The position numbers and the translations under genes are program-made. Source: Callorhinchus milii (Eukaryota). From it: 64,000 nucleotides of DNA. Position 1 is the first letter of the stretch; each line of letters opens with the position of its first letter. Below, piece by piece: positions 11,961-25,349 of this stretch. The notes beneath the pieces are model-generated. The model was not told where the DNA came from. It searched no databases and worked only from the letters and a program-made list of their open reading frames with translations. The stretch is taken from positions 15,750,001 to 15,814,000 of the forward strand of contig NW_024704743.1 in assembly GCF_018977255.1 (NCBI RefSeq), written 5' to 3'.

Positions 11961-12564
11961 CAAGATGTTGTCCTACTTGAAAAAAAGCCCTAGCCTAAAT
12001 AGATCCAGTCTTCAGAGATCAGATTTGCCTCCTGCTTCTCAGATGTGAAAGGGACAACTCAATCCCACAGCGTCACCTGTGCTGATGTAATATCACATGA
12101 GCTGCAGGACTCCCAATATATAATTAGAGCGGTGGAATGTGATAAGAAGCCAATGAATCTGTGTTCAAGCTCCATTTGGCCACTCTACAAATACAGACAG
12201 AAGTGGCATCAATTTGTATTGAATGAGTTCTTCAAATTCACTTAGCGTATTTCACTTACTGAGATAATTGTAACATCTTATCTGCACCATCAAATTGCAA
12301 CATTTGTACCTACTGTTTCCTGAAGTATACAGTATGTGAATAGCAAATCATATCACTAGTTTGTAATAGTCACATTGAAGACTGAACTCGATGTTCTGAC
12401 CCATACTCAGTTCTGGCACTGTGCAATCCATGAATTTGCCATGCCTGGAAAAAATGTATAATATAAACTACTCACAATAATGGACAAGTGACTATCCTTC
12501 TTGAGTGTGTGTGGGTGGGTGGGGTGGGGGGGAAGTGTGTGTGGGATAAGCAAGGCCTCTTTGG

Positions 12565-12745
12565 AGCTAATACTTTCTGAAATTAGGTGAGCAGAATGTA
12601 TCCCTCTCTAGAGAGAGTGCGCATTCCATTTCCAGACATGAGGAAATTTGCCTCTGTAATGTATGTGGAATTCTCAGTTTGGTTGGGATACTGGTTAGGA
12701 GCGCGAGTCCACATGCTCCAGACTGAAATCTGCTGACAGCATCAC
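12565..12745 (-). repeat. Unclassified repeat, copy B
   Basis: CTAATACTTTCTGAAATTAGGTGAGCAGAATGT matches CTAATACTTTCCGGAATTAGGTAAGCAGAATAC at ~51900. Confidence 0.55.
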
Positions 12746-13837
12746 AGATCTCAAGAGATTGTTTGCCATGTTATTGTTGCCAGTGTCATATGATAAATGT
12801 CATCACTTTATTCTGCTGCGTCCAACCAAATTCTAAAATCTGAGGCTTGAATAAATGTAAACAGAGCAGATCTTCAAATCAGATCAATGGAATTCTGCCT
12901 GAGACAAATGTGAGGCACTCAGGCTACAAAGCCAAACACAGACTTGATCTAACAATGTAAATCTACGTAGGATGTACTGGAGTCACTGGAGATGCAAATA
13001 TAAAAGGAAGCAGTTAATAGCTATCACATGGTAGATTTCAGAAAGCAGATTGGATTTCAATCTTAAAATTGCTGTCAACATTGTGAGTTAAAGCACAGTT
13101 GGGTTTAAAGTGCTGCAGTTTCCAATGAGAATCTCATCGACTCCCTTCGACGCAATCTGTTTTGGAACGGTGTTCCCACAAGTTAGTGTGATGTAGCTCT
13201 GGTTACCAGAAGGAATCCCCAGTTAGATGTCTTGTTGAGGAAACCCATTTGAAATTGCTGCATTTTTGGACCCCAGAACATGTAAACTGCAATCTGAAAT
13301 CTTCCAACAGATTTAAAAACACAGCATTTCATTCTCTGAATCTGTCGTAATTGATACAGCAGCTTCAGCTGAGACCAATGAAGCGGGTCTGTAAATCTCA
13401 AAGCTTAGAAATTTGATAATGTTAGGGGTTTATGGAAACAAGATTTCAATGTGTATGTATAGGAATGCTGTTTCACCATTTAATTAGCTTTAAAACAGCA
13501 CCTTTTTTTCGGGGGGTGGGGTGGAGGGGGAAATTATTTCTGATGGACCGTAGGGTAAAAAAATCTGATTGTTTTAAAATCACAAAAATGTTTACAGCAT
13601 GGACGGAGGCTATTTGGCTCATTGTATCTGTGCTGGTGCTGATTCCCCATTAGAGCTATTTACTCTAATCCCATTCCTTGCTCTTCCCCTGTACCTTTCA
13701 ATATATGGCCAATTTTATTTTGTGGATATTGGCCAGGATGCTAGGATAACCCCCTTCTCTTTTAGAATAATGGTATTGGATCTTTAATGCGTACCTGAAC
13801 AGGCAGATGGGACCTCAATTTGGTGTCTGATCCAAAG

Positions 13838-14285
13838 AACAACAACAACAACTTGCATTTATATAGTACCCTTCAAGTGGGGTAGCGTCCCAGAACGCTT
13901 GACAGTGAGGGAGTCTGACCCTAAGCCTGGGGGAGAGGGAGGTGGGAGGTGACCGTAAGCACAATCCAAAAGGAAGGTCTTTTGGTGTGATTTGAAGGTG
14001 GGGAGGGAGGGGCCAAGGTGGAGGGATTGAGGGAGAGAGTTTCAGAGTTTTGGGGTGTAGTGGCTGAAGGCACGGCCACCGAAGTTGAAGCGGAGGGGAC
14101 AAGGAACAAACAGGAGGCCGGAGCCAGCCGAGTGGAGGCAGCAGGTAGTGGAGTAGTGGGTAAGCAGATCAGATAGGTAGGGAGGTGCAAGGGCATGAAG
14201 CGATTTGGAAATAAATGAGAGGATCTTGAAATTGATCCATTCAATAATTGGGAGCCAGTGGAGCCTGGCTAGGAGTGAATGTGAT
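13838..14285 (-). mobile_element. L2 3' fragment
   Basis: ORF 14042..14347 LARLHWLPI...GGRAFSHYTPKL; (CAA)n tail at 13838. Confidence 0.85.
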
Positions 14286-14373
14286 GGGGCACTACAGAAA
14301 CAGCACAACAGCAATGCAACACAGTCAAACAACAAAGAATTCAACAACTGTAGATGCTAGATAAGCCAATATA

Positions 14374-14731
14374 GGAGTCCTGTAGCTCAGTGGTTAGACA
14401 CTCACCTCGCAAGTGAGAGACCTGGGTTCAATTCCCGGCAGGGCAAAGTGTTGTACAAGTTTCCTTACTCCACACGCCTCTGGTTACCTTGCAGTAAGTA
14501 GAAACCTGGTTGTTAGTCAATTAGCGGATCATGTTTCCGTGTGTAATAATTCCCTAAAAAAAATTGGTCACTCAATCCATGACTGTTTGTGGGACACTGC
14601 TGTGCGCAATTGGCTGCCAAGTTTCATCCACAAAATATACAGTCAAATCACTTTACAGTATATTCTGTGAAGCACTTTGAGATGTCTCAAAGACGTGATA
14701 AAGCGCTATATAAAATGCAAGGATTATTATT
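14374..14731 (+). mobile_element. Young tRNA-SINE, long subfamily
   Basis: A/B boxes, GTTGTTAGTC insert, core, tail GAGATGTCTCAAAGACGTGATAAAGCGCT, (TTA)n. Confidence 0.9.
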
Positions 14732-15111
14732 AATGGGGATGACGGGGTACAGCAGTTATGCAAAATACTGCTATAAATGTGCTAAGATGTTTCAGGACAG
14801 TGAAGTGGCAGTGTTGAAAACTGATATTAATAATAACAACAATATTAGCGCCTTTCACATGTGTTTCACTAACAATTGCAACCTTTTCATGATTTCTTTA
14901 TAGTGGGATTTTCCTTTACAAACAATACAGACAGAAATATTGCTAGTTTAGTTCTCAGGATGTGGAGGACGCCATTTTTCAGGTCTTCTGGTAGTTGCTG
15001 GCCAACCAATACTCTGTGAGATTATGTTTTTGTGGTATTATTCTTTCAGCATTGATGGTTGTAGAAGGTTTAACAGTAAATTACTCACAACTGTCCAACT
15101 GTCCTCAGTAA

Positions 15112-15485
15112 TGAATAATAATCCTTAATAATCCTTACATTTGATATAGTGTCTTATCACGTCTTCGAGACATCTCAAAGCACTTCACAGAAAATACTGT
15201 AAAGTGTGTACAATTGGCCTCTTTCATGAGAAACCATGACATTGGTGTTTACTGATGCTTCACTAATCTGATCCAAAATAAAATACTGTCTCCATATCCA
15301 GGCATCCATATCTAGCTCTTCAGGGGGAGGGAGGTTATCAAGCCTTTGAGAAGTCTCAAAGTGCTTCACAGAATATAGTGTAAAGTAAATTGACTGTATA
15401 TTTTGTGGGTGAAACGTGGCAGCCAATTGCATACAGCAGTTTCCCACAAACAGTCGTGGATTGAGTGACCAATTTATTATTATAA
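15112..15485 (-). mobile_element. SINE 3' fragments (two pieces)
   Basis: Tail at 15112-15205 and tail plus core at 15335-15485. Confidence 0.65.
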
Positions 15486-15557
15486 TTTTTTTAAAAGTAT
15501 GCTTTATAACATACATGCGAACACAAGAACAGAAGCAAAAAGAGGGATGTAGGGTGA

Positions 15558-15637
15558 TATACGTACGTACATGTACGTACGTACACGTACGTACATGTAC
15601 GTACGTACACGTACGTATGTATGTATGTATGTATGTA
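15558..15637. repeat. (ACGT)n-derived palindromic microsatellite grading into (ATGT)n
   Basis: 24-bp unit ACGTACGTACATGTACGTACGTAC x2 (15561-15608), then (ATGT)n. Confidence 0.9.
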
Positions 15638-16373
15638 TTTTTAAGCAAGGAAAATAATACATCCAAGAAACCTAAAAGCTAGTATACTACAATGCATTAC
15701 AGTGACAGAGCTATAGTTGAATTGACTAATGTCCTCACCCACGACCTTAACACATTCCCAAACAGAAGAGAATTGGCCTTGAACCAAGGTGACACCTTTT
15801 ATCAAAGTTACGCAACAAGCGAGCCTTCACATGAGGCCAGTGCTAACATTCTCAGAGATAATAGCCATTTTCCTGGTTCACGGTCATGAGAGGAAGTAGG
15901 CTACTCATCTACAAAACTGTTTCTAAATAGGATACTATCTTATAAAACAGATACCCCTGACTGACCCGTGCGCAGTAATGTCTTCCCTTTCATACTGTCA
16001 GTTCCAGCATATTATCAGTAGCATAAATGTACTGCACCACTTATGGTCATTACTAATCCATCGTATTCACTTAAACTAAACGGCACTTCAACTCAATAGC
16101 ATTATTAGACCAGACACCACAAACGGAAATAAATTAGTAAGGGGCTCAATTCATTCCAATAATCAATTAGAATTGAATTGCCTTGTGGATAAGGCTGATC
16201 TAGCTGAATCTGCTTGGATTTATTGTAGATGGTGAGTGGCCTCAGGAACACTGTGATATCAGTGTTCATGATACCACATGGCCAGTTACCAGGTCACTGT
16301 TATCACAAGCAGATCACTGAATGTCTCAGATCAACAGCTAAGTATCTGGCATTGTGGAGTCCTGAAGAGTATT

Positions 16374-16746
16374 GTGGAATTCTGTAGCATATTGGTGAGA
16401 GCACTCATCTTGCAAGCGATCGGACCCTGGTTTGATTCCTGGATAGGACGAAACCTTAGACAAGTTTCCTTACTCCACACGCCTCTGTTTACCTAGCAGT
16501 ATGCAGGAACATGGTTGTTAGTCGATTGGCGGATCGCTTTCCAGGGATAATAATTCTTTCCAAAATTTTGATTTTGATCCATGACTGTTTTGGGGACACT
16601 GCTGTGTGCAATTGGCTGCCTTGTTTTGCCCATACAATGCACAATCAATTAATTTTACTGTATATTCTCTGAAGTGCTTTGAGATGTCTCAACGATTTGA
16701 TAAGATGTTGTATCAAATGCAAGGATTATTATTATTATTATTATTA
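16374..16746 (+). mobile_element. Young tRNA-SINE, long subfamily
   Basis: Head, body, core, tail and (TTA)n all present. Confidence 0.9.
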
Positions 16747-17349
16747 TGGAAGTAAAATATGCCTCATGGCATGTTTAGTTATTCAAGTTTTGCAATAAAT
16801 CATAGTTATTTTGGTGGTTTATTCCACGCAAAATGTGCAGAGTAAATTGGGGCTGAGCCACCATGAATCACGCTGGTAAAAACTCAGGGTCTGAATCAAT
16901 AAAGGGTTCAATCCACCAACTGTACCTTAAAAATGGATGACACAAGAACCAGTAGCAAATGTTGGTCACACAAGTGGGTTATTTGATAGCACAATAACAT
17001 CAATAATACGAACACCCAACATCAATGTTTTGCACACATTCCTGAAGCAATGCAACGTAGGACAGGGAAACCAAAACTGGTTCCAGTATTAACTTCAGTG
17101 GTCTATTAATAAGAGCAAAATTATTTGACTTCCAAGCAGTATGAATAGAGCACCAATATGCTCAAGATTAACAAGTCAGTGACGTTCATCATATTGATGT
17201 AAAGATTCTGCAAGGTTAAAACTTGGAAGATGTTGGAATGGCAAGTGCGTAAGGGGAAGAGTCACAAAGTAAGAACATTAAATAACTCATTGCATTATGC
17301 TTTTCCTGTTGTGAAAAAAGATATTTATTGTGGATTAGTATTACCTATG

Positions 17350-17660
17350 TAACCTATATCCCACCCTACCACACACAATATTTTCCATCCCTACATTCCT
17401 GCCCACACTCTCTGCTCTTCTAACTCTGTTCCACTGCTCATTCCCAACTTGGTTCTGCTACCAGTGGCCAGGCATTCAGCTACCATACCCTGCCCTCTGA
17501 AACTCTCTTCCAAGACCACTTTACCTTACCACCTCTCTATGACAGACATGGACTAGTTAGGCCGACTGGCCAGTTTCCACACCGTACAATCTATGTAAAT
17601 CTCTCTTCCTTGAAAAACCTCCCCAAAACATATCGCTTCAAACATTTCAGCAACATTTTG
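17350..17660 (+). mobile_element. Old L2 3' fragment with a short CR1 tail inserted at ~17540-17597
   Basis: GGCCAGGCATTCAGCTACC (GxAFS) L2 motif; GGACTAGTTAGGCCGACTGGCC CR1 tail. Confidence 0.55.
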
Positions 17661-20654
17661 AAAACATTTCCCCATTCACTACGACTAAACTATTACGGTC
17701 CACTACTAAATTTGTCAAGTGCTTTAAGCTGTTATTTAAGGTGAAATGTGCTGCATAAATGCAAGTTGCTGTAATTTTGTTGTTGTTGTATTGCAGCTTC
17801 CCTACCAATTTTGCTGCTTGGAATACCTGTGGAGTAATAATGCCAAACAGAACAAATAGGCTCATATCCTAACAGAGGAACAAAGTTGTAACGGAGAGAA
17901 CAGCAGCATTGCAGCAAGTTAACCGTCTCTGCAGCAAATATCACAGTTGAGACAGCTACATACTAACAAGCAATAGCTACTCAACACAATCTGCTGCCCT
18001 AGGCAAAACTTCAGTAGAAGTATGATAGCTTTAGATTTCACTTAAGACCACCTTAAGATCACCTTAAACCACCTAAAGGGCGCCACTGGCTCCAGCACGT
18101 GGCAGTCACTGCAGCCCTGACTGTCTCTATTTGGTCAAACACGTATTCAAAAAAAGGCTTTTCTCAGACATTTACCACCCTAGGTAGTTGGCTAGTGTGC
18201 CCATAGCTTGAATAGCCCCTGCCAACAAGGGTAGATGCAGTATTGCAAGGAGCATTGCTCTCGGTGATGTGCATTGGAAGACAATTGCTGCAGAAGTGTA
18301 ACTCTGTGCAGGACTGCACTATGAGCAAGGATCAGGGTGTAGAAAAAAAACAGCTACTGTTCCTTGGAAATTAGTGTTACATAGTGTGCAAAGGAATTCC
18401 TGTTTAGAGAAAGGAATTCTTTCCAGAGTCATTACTGCCCTTACAATTGACCCCAATCCTCTGCAAGGCCTACTGGAGTCCTCAGTTGGAATCCCACTAG
18501 ATTTCCAATTTATTTAGAATAGCTTTTTACTCTTTTCTAATTACAGAATTATTTGAATTATTTATCATCTGTGAAGTATGATATCCATCGTCTCCCAAGA
18601 TGCCAATTCATGATTAAGAAGTTAAAAAGCCATTGTAAGTGGCAAAATAGTCAAAAAGCAAAACCCTTTGCAAGCTTTAAACAAGCTTGCCTCCGATCCA
18701 GTCCTGAATTAGGCTAAAGGAGAAACCGTTCTCCAGAAGTTGGTGAGGAGGGGGATGTTCAGCCCCAAATCAGTCATTAAATACAAGTAATAATAAAAAT
18801 TCTATCTATGTTATAATTATCACCGGTGATAATTTGCACATCACACACCGCAATTCCCCACCACTCCTCCCCGCCCCCATAACTTTACTGTAGTACATCA
18901 TGCACCAGATGTTCTCACCAAGGATGCTGATGGAACGCCAGCTTTGCCCAGAGGTAAGATGTGTTCCATATCGTTGTCACAAAGAAAGTCATCTTAAGTG
19001 AACACTCAACTTTTGCAAAAGCAATGAGTTAACTGCCAGCCACACAGCAAAACAGGACGCATCCAACACAAGTGAACAGTGCATTGGGTTAGAGGACCTA
19101 AATATGGTGAAGCTCAATGACAGAATGACCTACTTTTGTTATGAGTTTCTAAACGCAAGAAGTTAAATTCTCTGTGGGTCCGTGTCCTGTAGTGTAAATC
19201 TTCATGAGTATCGTTTTGGAAGATACTTTTTCCAGCATTTTTTTTACAAAAAGTACTCAGTGAATGCTCGAGCAGTGGGAGTTTGGATTCTCTGGTCAAA
19301 CTCTGCACTGAATGGTTTAGTTTGCAGCTTTCATGTACTGCTGTTTGAAAATGAACGCACTGTATCGATTGTTATTATTGATGCAGAATTTATTATAATT
19401 CTATTGAAACAATACGTTTACAAAAAAAAGTTTTACTGTGTGCTTGCTGATTTTACACCCCTGAGATTCATCACCCACACTGCCATCTCATTTGTGATAT
19501 ATGCAGAAAGTGATGGGAAATATTAATTTAAGTTTTCTCGGTTGCCCTGACTGATCAGATTTTCAAAAGCTGCCAATGTGCAAAAAAAAATACCCTCCAG
19601 AGATTGTTTTCCTCATGGTGTCTGTCTTGCTCTCCGACTTTTCCTTGCACTTTGTAGAAATTGCAACCTTTCTCCAACACCCCACCTGCCTTCACAATTC
19701 GACTGATGAGATCAACTGAGAAGATTCATATCAACGCTTCCCACAACTTTTGTGCTAATTAGCAATTAAACGCAACCATATCCACTTGTAATGCAAAATG
19801 TCCAAAAACAATATATGGAGGAACGAAGGTTCATCCTTAGACTTAGTGACTTAGTGTGACAGACGATTCAAGTGTGGCCAAATCTGTAACAAAAAATGCT
19901 GGCCTTCAGGGCTGGGGGTGGGAGCGGAAACATTGAGATATATTGACAGTCTAAAGGATGAAGAGCAAATATTTTTACAAATTCATACATTCATTGAAAA
20001 TGCAATTTCGTCACTGCAGAGACCTTCATAGCTCATATGTGGCTGCTTGAGTTATGGGCCGATTACACTTGTCATTGTAAGATATCGAGTATTTACATTT
20101 CTGACATTTCTGTACTATCAGAGCAATTGTTTTCTTATGCAGACAGAGGGAACAAAAATATAGCAAAAAAAACTGAATATGAAAACATTGTTTCACAGAT
20201 TGTACGGGCAGCAGTTTTAAATTATCAACTGCATCTGAATAAACAGTAGAACTGGTTAGGGAATTCGTAATTTACTGACTGAGTTAGAGATGGAAAATCT
20301 GATAATGTTGAGCATATGGATAGTGAGAAGGTGTTTCCGCACAGAGCGAAAGTGAGAGAGAAAGGCATTAGAGAAAGGCCTGTTAGTGTGTTTTAGAAAT
20401 GTGAACGTGTGGATCATGTTATGCCTCATATTGAACAGGGCAACCCCTGCACCCACACCCCACCCTTGTGCTCCCCCTCCCATCCGGATTTTAACCCTGT
20501 CCAAATCCTACAGATGGGAGAGATTCATATGAAAGATTCCAGTCCCAGATTTCAAAGTTGAAGCTGCAGGCGAATTTCTGAATGGATTCTGGCATTGCAC
20601 TGCTAGTGAGGATGCCAAACAAATGAGATGGATTTCATGAAGGGACACGCAAGA

Positions 20655-21020
20655 AAACAGCAGAGACTGGAAAGCAGGATTGAACCAGTATGTCTAGAAT
20701 GAGTCGTTTGGTATAAATTGTCAGAGTTATTAGCGTTATCTTTAAGTGCGATCAGAAAACATGTGGAATTCACTGCTCCAAAAGGCTGTAAATACAAAAT
20801 TGATTGAGATGTTTGAAAAGGAGATAATACATGGTTGGCAGTACAAGTATTAAAGGATATCAAGGAAAGATGAGAAATGAGGTTAAAAGGTGTGCCATGT
20901 TTGTGTATTGTATAAAATTATAAATATAAAATATATGAATGTATTATATTAATTAACCAATAAATGGCAAACCCAGGTTTGATAGGCTGAATAGTCTCCT
21001 ATTGTTTCTTATTCGTAACT
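20655..21020 (+). mobile_element. CR1 3' end
   Basis: TGTGGAATTCACTGCTCCAAAAGGCTGT (WNSLPQKAV-like) and tail GGCTGAATAGTCTCCT. Confidence 0.7.
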
Positions 21021-21364
21021 AGACTTTTGCAAAGTGTTCAGGAGATACAATTCTAAACAGAAAAAGTGACTAGTTAGTGGAACAATCACTAATACAAAGT
21101 CTGAAATAAGGATAAGCGTTAGTTTAATTGAATGAGTTAGATTTTTTTCCAAAATTGCATCTTCTGCTCTTCTCTGTACAGTTTGATATTGTGGGTACCC
21201 ACAGCTGTTTGGGATTTCATCCAAATGGCCACCGTTCAAAGTGCCTAGACACTGAGTGTAAACGTCACAGCGGTATCCAATTTTCTCCTCAAAGCCTGGT
21301 ATATAACACTTAAAAAAGAAAAAAAATGTCTACATGCACACAAATCATCTTTAATCAGGGATGA

Positions 21365-21740
21365 ATCAGCCTGGCTCAGTGAGTGACGCTCTTGGCTCTG
21401 AGTCATACTTTTGTGGGTTCAACTCTGACGTCAGGACTTTGAACTCGTATAGTCCAGGTTGACACTCCAATGCACTTTAATGAGACATGAAACTAAGGTC
21501 TGGACTGCTTGTTTAGGTGAATGTTCAATATTCTGTAGCACTATTCAAAAGGAGAAGGGAGTTTTTCTCAATGTCCTGGTCAACAATCCCCCAGATTAAA
21601 CTGTTCAATCACTTTGTGGTTGTTTGTGGGACATTGCAGTGAGCATATTGGCTGTCGCATTTGCCTAAATACACAGTGAATCTTGTGAAGTGCTTTGTGA
21701 CACCTCCTGACATGAAACGTTCTATATTAAATGCCATAAT
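21365..21740 (+). mobile_element. Older Deu-type SINE, near full length
   Basis: TGGCTCAGTG head, GGGTTCAA B box, core, L2-like tail. Confidence 0.7.
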
Positions 21741-22294
21741 TTTTAAATTATTATAAGCGATCATTTCTGATTGCCACTCTACCGCGAAGGCAAGGGCAAT
21801 GAGATCAAATGTAATGAACTAACCACTACCCCAGCTGACATCTTCTTGCAAAATAGAGACCAAAAATTGACTTTGCAACATTCTGATCTTTATAACCATC
21901 CTGGCTGCATTTATGCCCTGAGCCATTGAGGAGCCAGGATCTAATATAACTGTGCAAGAGGCTAAGTGGGCTGAATGTCCTCCGCTTATTCCTATGAGCC
22001 CTCATATTTAGTCTTTTTATTGAATTTCAGTGTAAGGAAGGTCATGCTACACCATCTGTCTACACTGAGGAGCAAAGGAGACCGACTAAAATTTTCCCCC
22101 AAATCAATTCGATTTCCCAGCTCTCGAGATAATTGTGGTTTTCTCCCTCATTCATCATTTGCACTGGAAAAACAAGACACACAAGCTCACAGGGAATATG
22201 GTGGAGCACTGCTTTGTTGCTCCAATACAACATGTCACATGGCAACAGGATCTTGGTTAACAGCGGCGATTCACCAGCATGGTAAATTATACTA

Positions 22295-22650
22295 ATCCTA
22301 ACATTTGACGCAGTGCCTTATGTCGTCAAAACATCTCAAAGCACTTCACAAGATTTACTGTTGTGCATATGTATTTGTAGGCAAAAGCAGCAGCCAATTT
22401 GCACACAGCATTGTCCCACAAACAGCGATGAAGTGATTGAACAATTTTATCTGAAGAATGTTACTATTGTTGCCACGGGATCTTTATCATCCATCTGATC
22501 AGATCCCATCTGGAGGATGACACCTCTGACAATACATTACTGTCCAATATTCCACTGGAGAGTCAGGTTAGACTATAAACTCAACGTCCTGACATGGGAT
22601 TAAAACCTTCTGACTCTAAAGCGAAAATATTGACAACTGAGCCAGACTGA
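22295..22650 (-). mobile_element. Older Deu-type SINE
   Basis: Reverse-complement tail, core and head (CAACTGAGCCAGACTGAC). Confidence 0.65.
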
Positions 22651-23774
22651 CACATCTTATCTGGCTATCAAAAGTGGGCTTTGATTGGGCGTTGGCTGTA
22701 CACGTCTTTTGGGAAGGAAAAATTTGTGAAAAACAGAGGGACATCATTATCGGGTGGGGGATGGTGTGGGGGTAACCAAAACAAAACTTAAAATGTGGCA
22801 CCCGAAAAGTTTCTAAACAAAGATAAACCTACACACACATCTATAGTTTGGGGTGCATGATTGAAAAAGCCAACAATTTAAAATGATTACAAGGTTACTA
22901 TAACTGAGAGTGGGAGCCTTCATATTTGAATGACAAACCCTGTCATTTCTGTAATTTGCTGGTGAAGAATACTGACATCATGTTTTATTCTGGTAACTTC
23001 TTGTACGGAGAGGGAGAGAAGTTCCAGACATGGGAAATTGAATTAAAGAGTTAATATACTTAATGGTGAAGCAGGTTCAGTGGGCCTAATGGCTTATTCC
23101 AGTTCCTGTGGTATGAACCTATCTGTTCTGATTGCATCTGTGTACCCAGGGCCTCATTCCTTTCCTGTCCCTTCCTCCCCAACCCACATTATATCATTGA
23201 AGTCTCTAGGACTAAGAGGCTCAGTTGACCGAAGAGTGGATTGACCTGTGGAAATCATGTCATCAGTAAACACTCCAAGCTTTGATCCAGCAGAATATTT
23301 TAGTGTTCTAATATTATTAACGTGCAATAGAAAAAGGAGAGAACTCAATCCAGAGACATGCAGAAATCAAAGACAGCAGGTGCTTTACTGAATGAGACCC
23401 CATTGGCTACTGCACTTTTGAGTTAATATACAAAAAAAACACTTTAAATGTTTTCCAGCCTCCGAGGATTTCAAAGATGGTGAAAGACTCTTTAATGTTA
23501 AAAACAGACTGTGAGACCTGGAAATAATTTCTGGAAATATTATGAGCTGGGAAAGCTGTGTTTTCTGGATGATTTATGCCAATTTAATTATTTCATGCAG
23601 GATACATCAGACAGTGATGAGGAAGCACCGTGTTTCAAAAATAAGCTCCTATGTATAGAGTTAAGGAGAATGCAAAGACATTAGCTCGGGCTGGCTCCTG
23701 AAATTTTAGCTCAAGGTCATTGTTAGGAATGGAGGAACAGGAGCCATTCAGCTCATCAAGCCTGCTCTGCCAGT

Positions 23775-23963
23775 TCCCTTTGCCTCGCTCTTGCTCTTGG
23801 CTCTTTCAAGGCCCATCTCAAGACCCTCCTCTTTGGTCACCCTTCTACCCCTCCTGATCCCAACCCCCAGCTCGGGTCCAATTCCCTGACTCGCCAGCGC
23901 TTTGGGAAGTCCTCCCAACGTGAAAGGCGCAATACAAATGTCATTTGTTGTTATTTGTTGTTG
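23775..23963 (+). mobile_element. L2 3' end (adjacent to a CR1 tail fragment on minus at ~23725)
   Basis: CAGCGCTTTGGGAAGTCCTCCCAACGTGAAAGGCGC tail. Confidence 0.75.
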
Positions 23964-24351
23964 CTAATTAAATTATGACAGATCTTTGTTGCACCTCTGC
24001 TCAGGATTGAAGATTTATGAAGATGAGGTGGAGCTATTAACCATTTTTCCAACAAAGATTGCAATATCAAACTATGTGGTTTAGATGGTTAAACTCCAGC
24101 AGCATAATGAAACGAGTTGTTATGACTGGCATGAAGTGGACATCTCATCAATTGGACCTGGCAGCCAGCTACAGTAGGGACACAGTACAAGTTTCACAGA
24201 CCGAATTTCATTCAGCTGACTATACTTATAAACTGGCCTAGGAAAGGGGGAAGGAGGAGAGGACAAGAGGCAAGGTAAAGTTAGAAAAGAATTTGAGAGA
24301 GGAGATTTTGCTGAGATTGATTCAGCTAGGAAAAGAACAACAGCAACTTGT

Positions 24352-24725
24352 GTCAGCCTAGCCTCAATTGGTAATATTTTGGGCTCTCAGTTGGAAGATT
24401 GTAGTTTCAAGTCCCCGGTCAAGGCTTTGAATTTATATAGTCTATGCTGACATTCAATGCAGTGCTGGGGTGTACTGCAATATTGGTGGTGCTGTCCTTT
24501 GAATGAGATGTTAAATCGAGGTCCCGTCTTCCTGTCTAGGTTCACATTTAAGATCCAATTACACTATTTCAAAAGAGAAGGGATATTCTCCCAGTGGTCT
24601 GGGGAAACAATCCCCCGAATTCACTTCATGGTTGTTTGTTGGATATTGCTGCCACATTCACCTACTAGATACTTTATAGTATATCCTGTGAAACACTATG
24701 GGAGATTCTTCGGATGTAAAAGGCG
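24352..24725 (+). mobile_element. Older Deu-type SINE
   Basis: Head GTCAGCCTAGCCTCAATTGGT; body GAGATGTTAAATCGAGGTCCCGTC; tail. Confidence 0.7.
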
Positions 24726-24730
24726 GGATT

Positions 24731-25144
24731 TAATAATAATAATAATCCTTGCATTTGATATAGCTCCTTATCACGTCTTCGAAGTCTCAAAGCGCTTCAC
24801 AGAACATACAGTAAAATTAATTGACTGTATATTTTGTGAGCAAAACGCGGCAGTATCCCACAAATAGTCATGGAATGAGTGATCACATTTTTAGTTTCTT
24901 GAAGGGATTATTACCCCCGGAAAAGCAATCTGCCAATCGACTAACAACAGGGTTCCTACTTACTGCTGGATAAATAACAACAACTTGCATTGATATAGCG
25001 CCCTTCACACAAGGTAGCATTCCAGAGCACTTGGCGTGTGGAGTAAGGAAACTTGCTGAACATTTCACCCTGCCTGGGAATCAAACCCAGGTCCTCTCGC
25101 TTTCAAGACGAGTGCTCTAACTAATATGCTACAGGACTCTCCAC
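24731..25144 (-). mobile_element. Young tRNA-SINE with an L2 tail-only insert at ~24976-25031
   Basis: Complete reverse-complement layout from (AAT)n to GCTACAGGACTC. Confidence 0.85.
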
Positions 25145-25349
25145 AACATCCAATGTAAGGATTATTATTCCTTTAAATTTACGCCTTTCACCTAGGATTA
25201 TATATTAAATGCTTGACAGAGATGGAGTGGAAACCCAATAAAGAGGGAAGTGGGGGGGTGGAGAAGGGAGTTGGCTGAAGCAACAAAGAGGTAAGTTTTT
25301 ACAAGGTTTTGAAAACAGGAAGAGAGCTTGTGACATGGAAAGAAACAAA

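Noticed and set aside
23601..23684. Acceptor-like TTTCATGCAG followed by DTSDSDEEAPCFKNKLLCIELRRMQRH*
   Set aside because: No recognisable homology and no partner exons. It cannot be supported without RNA-seq.
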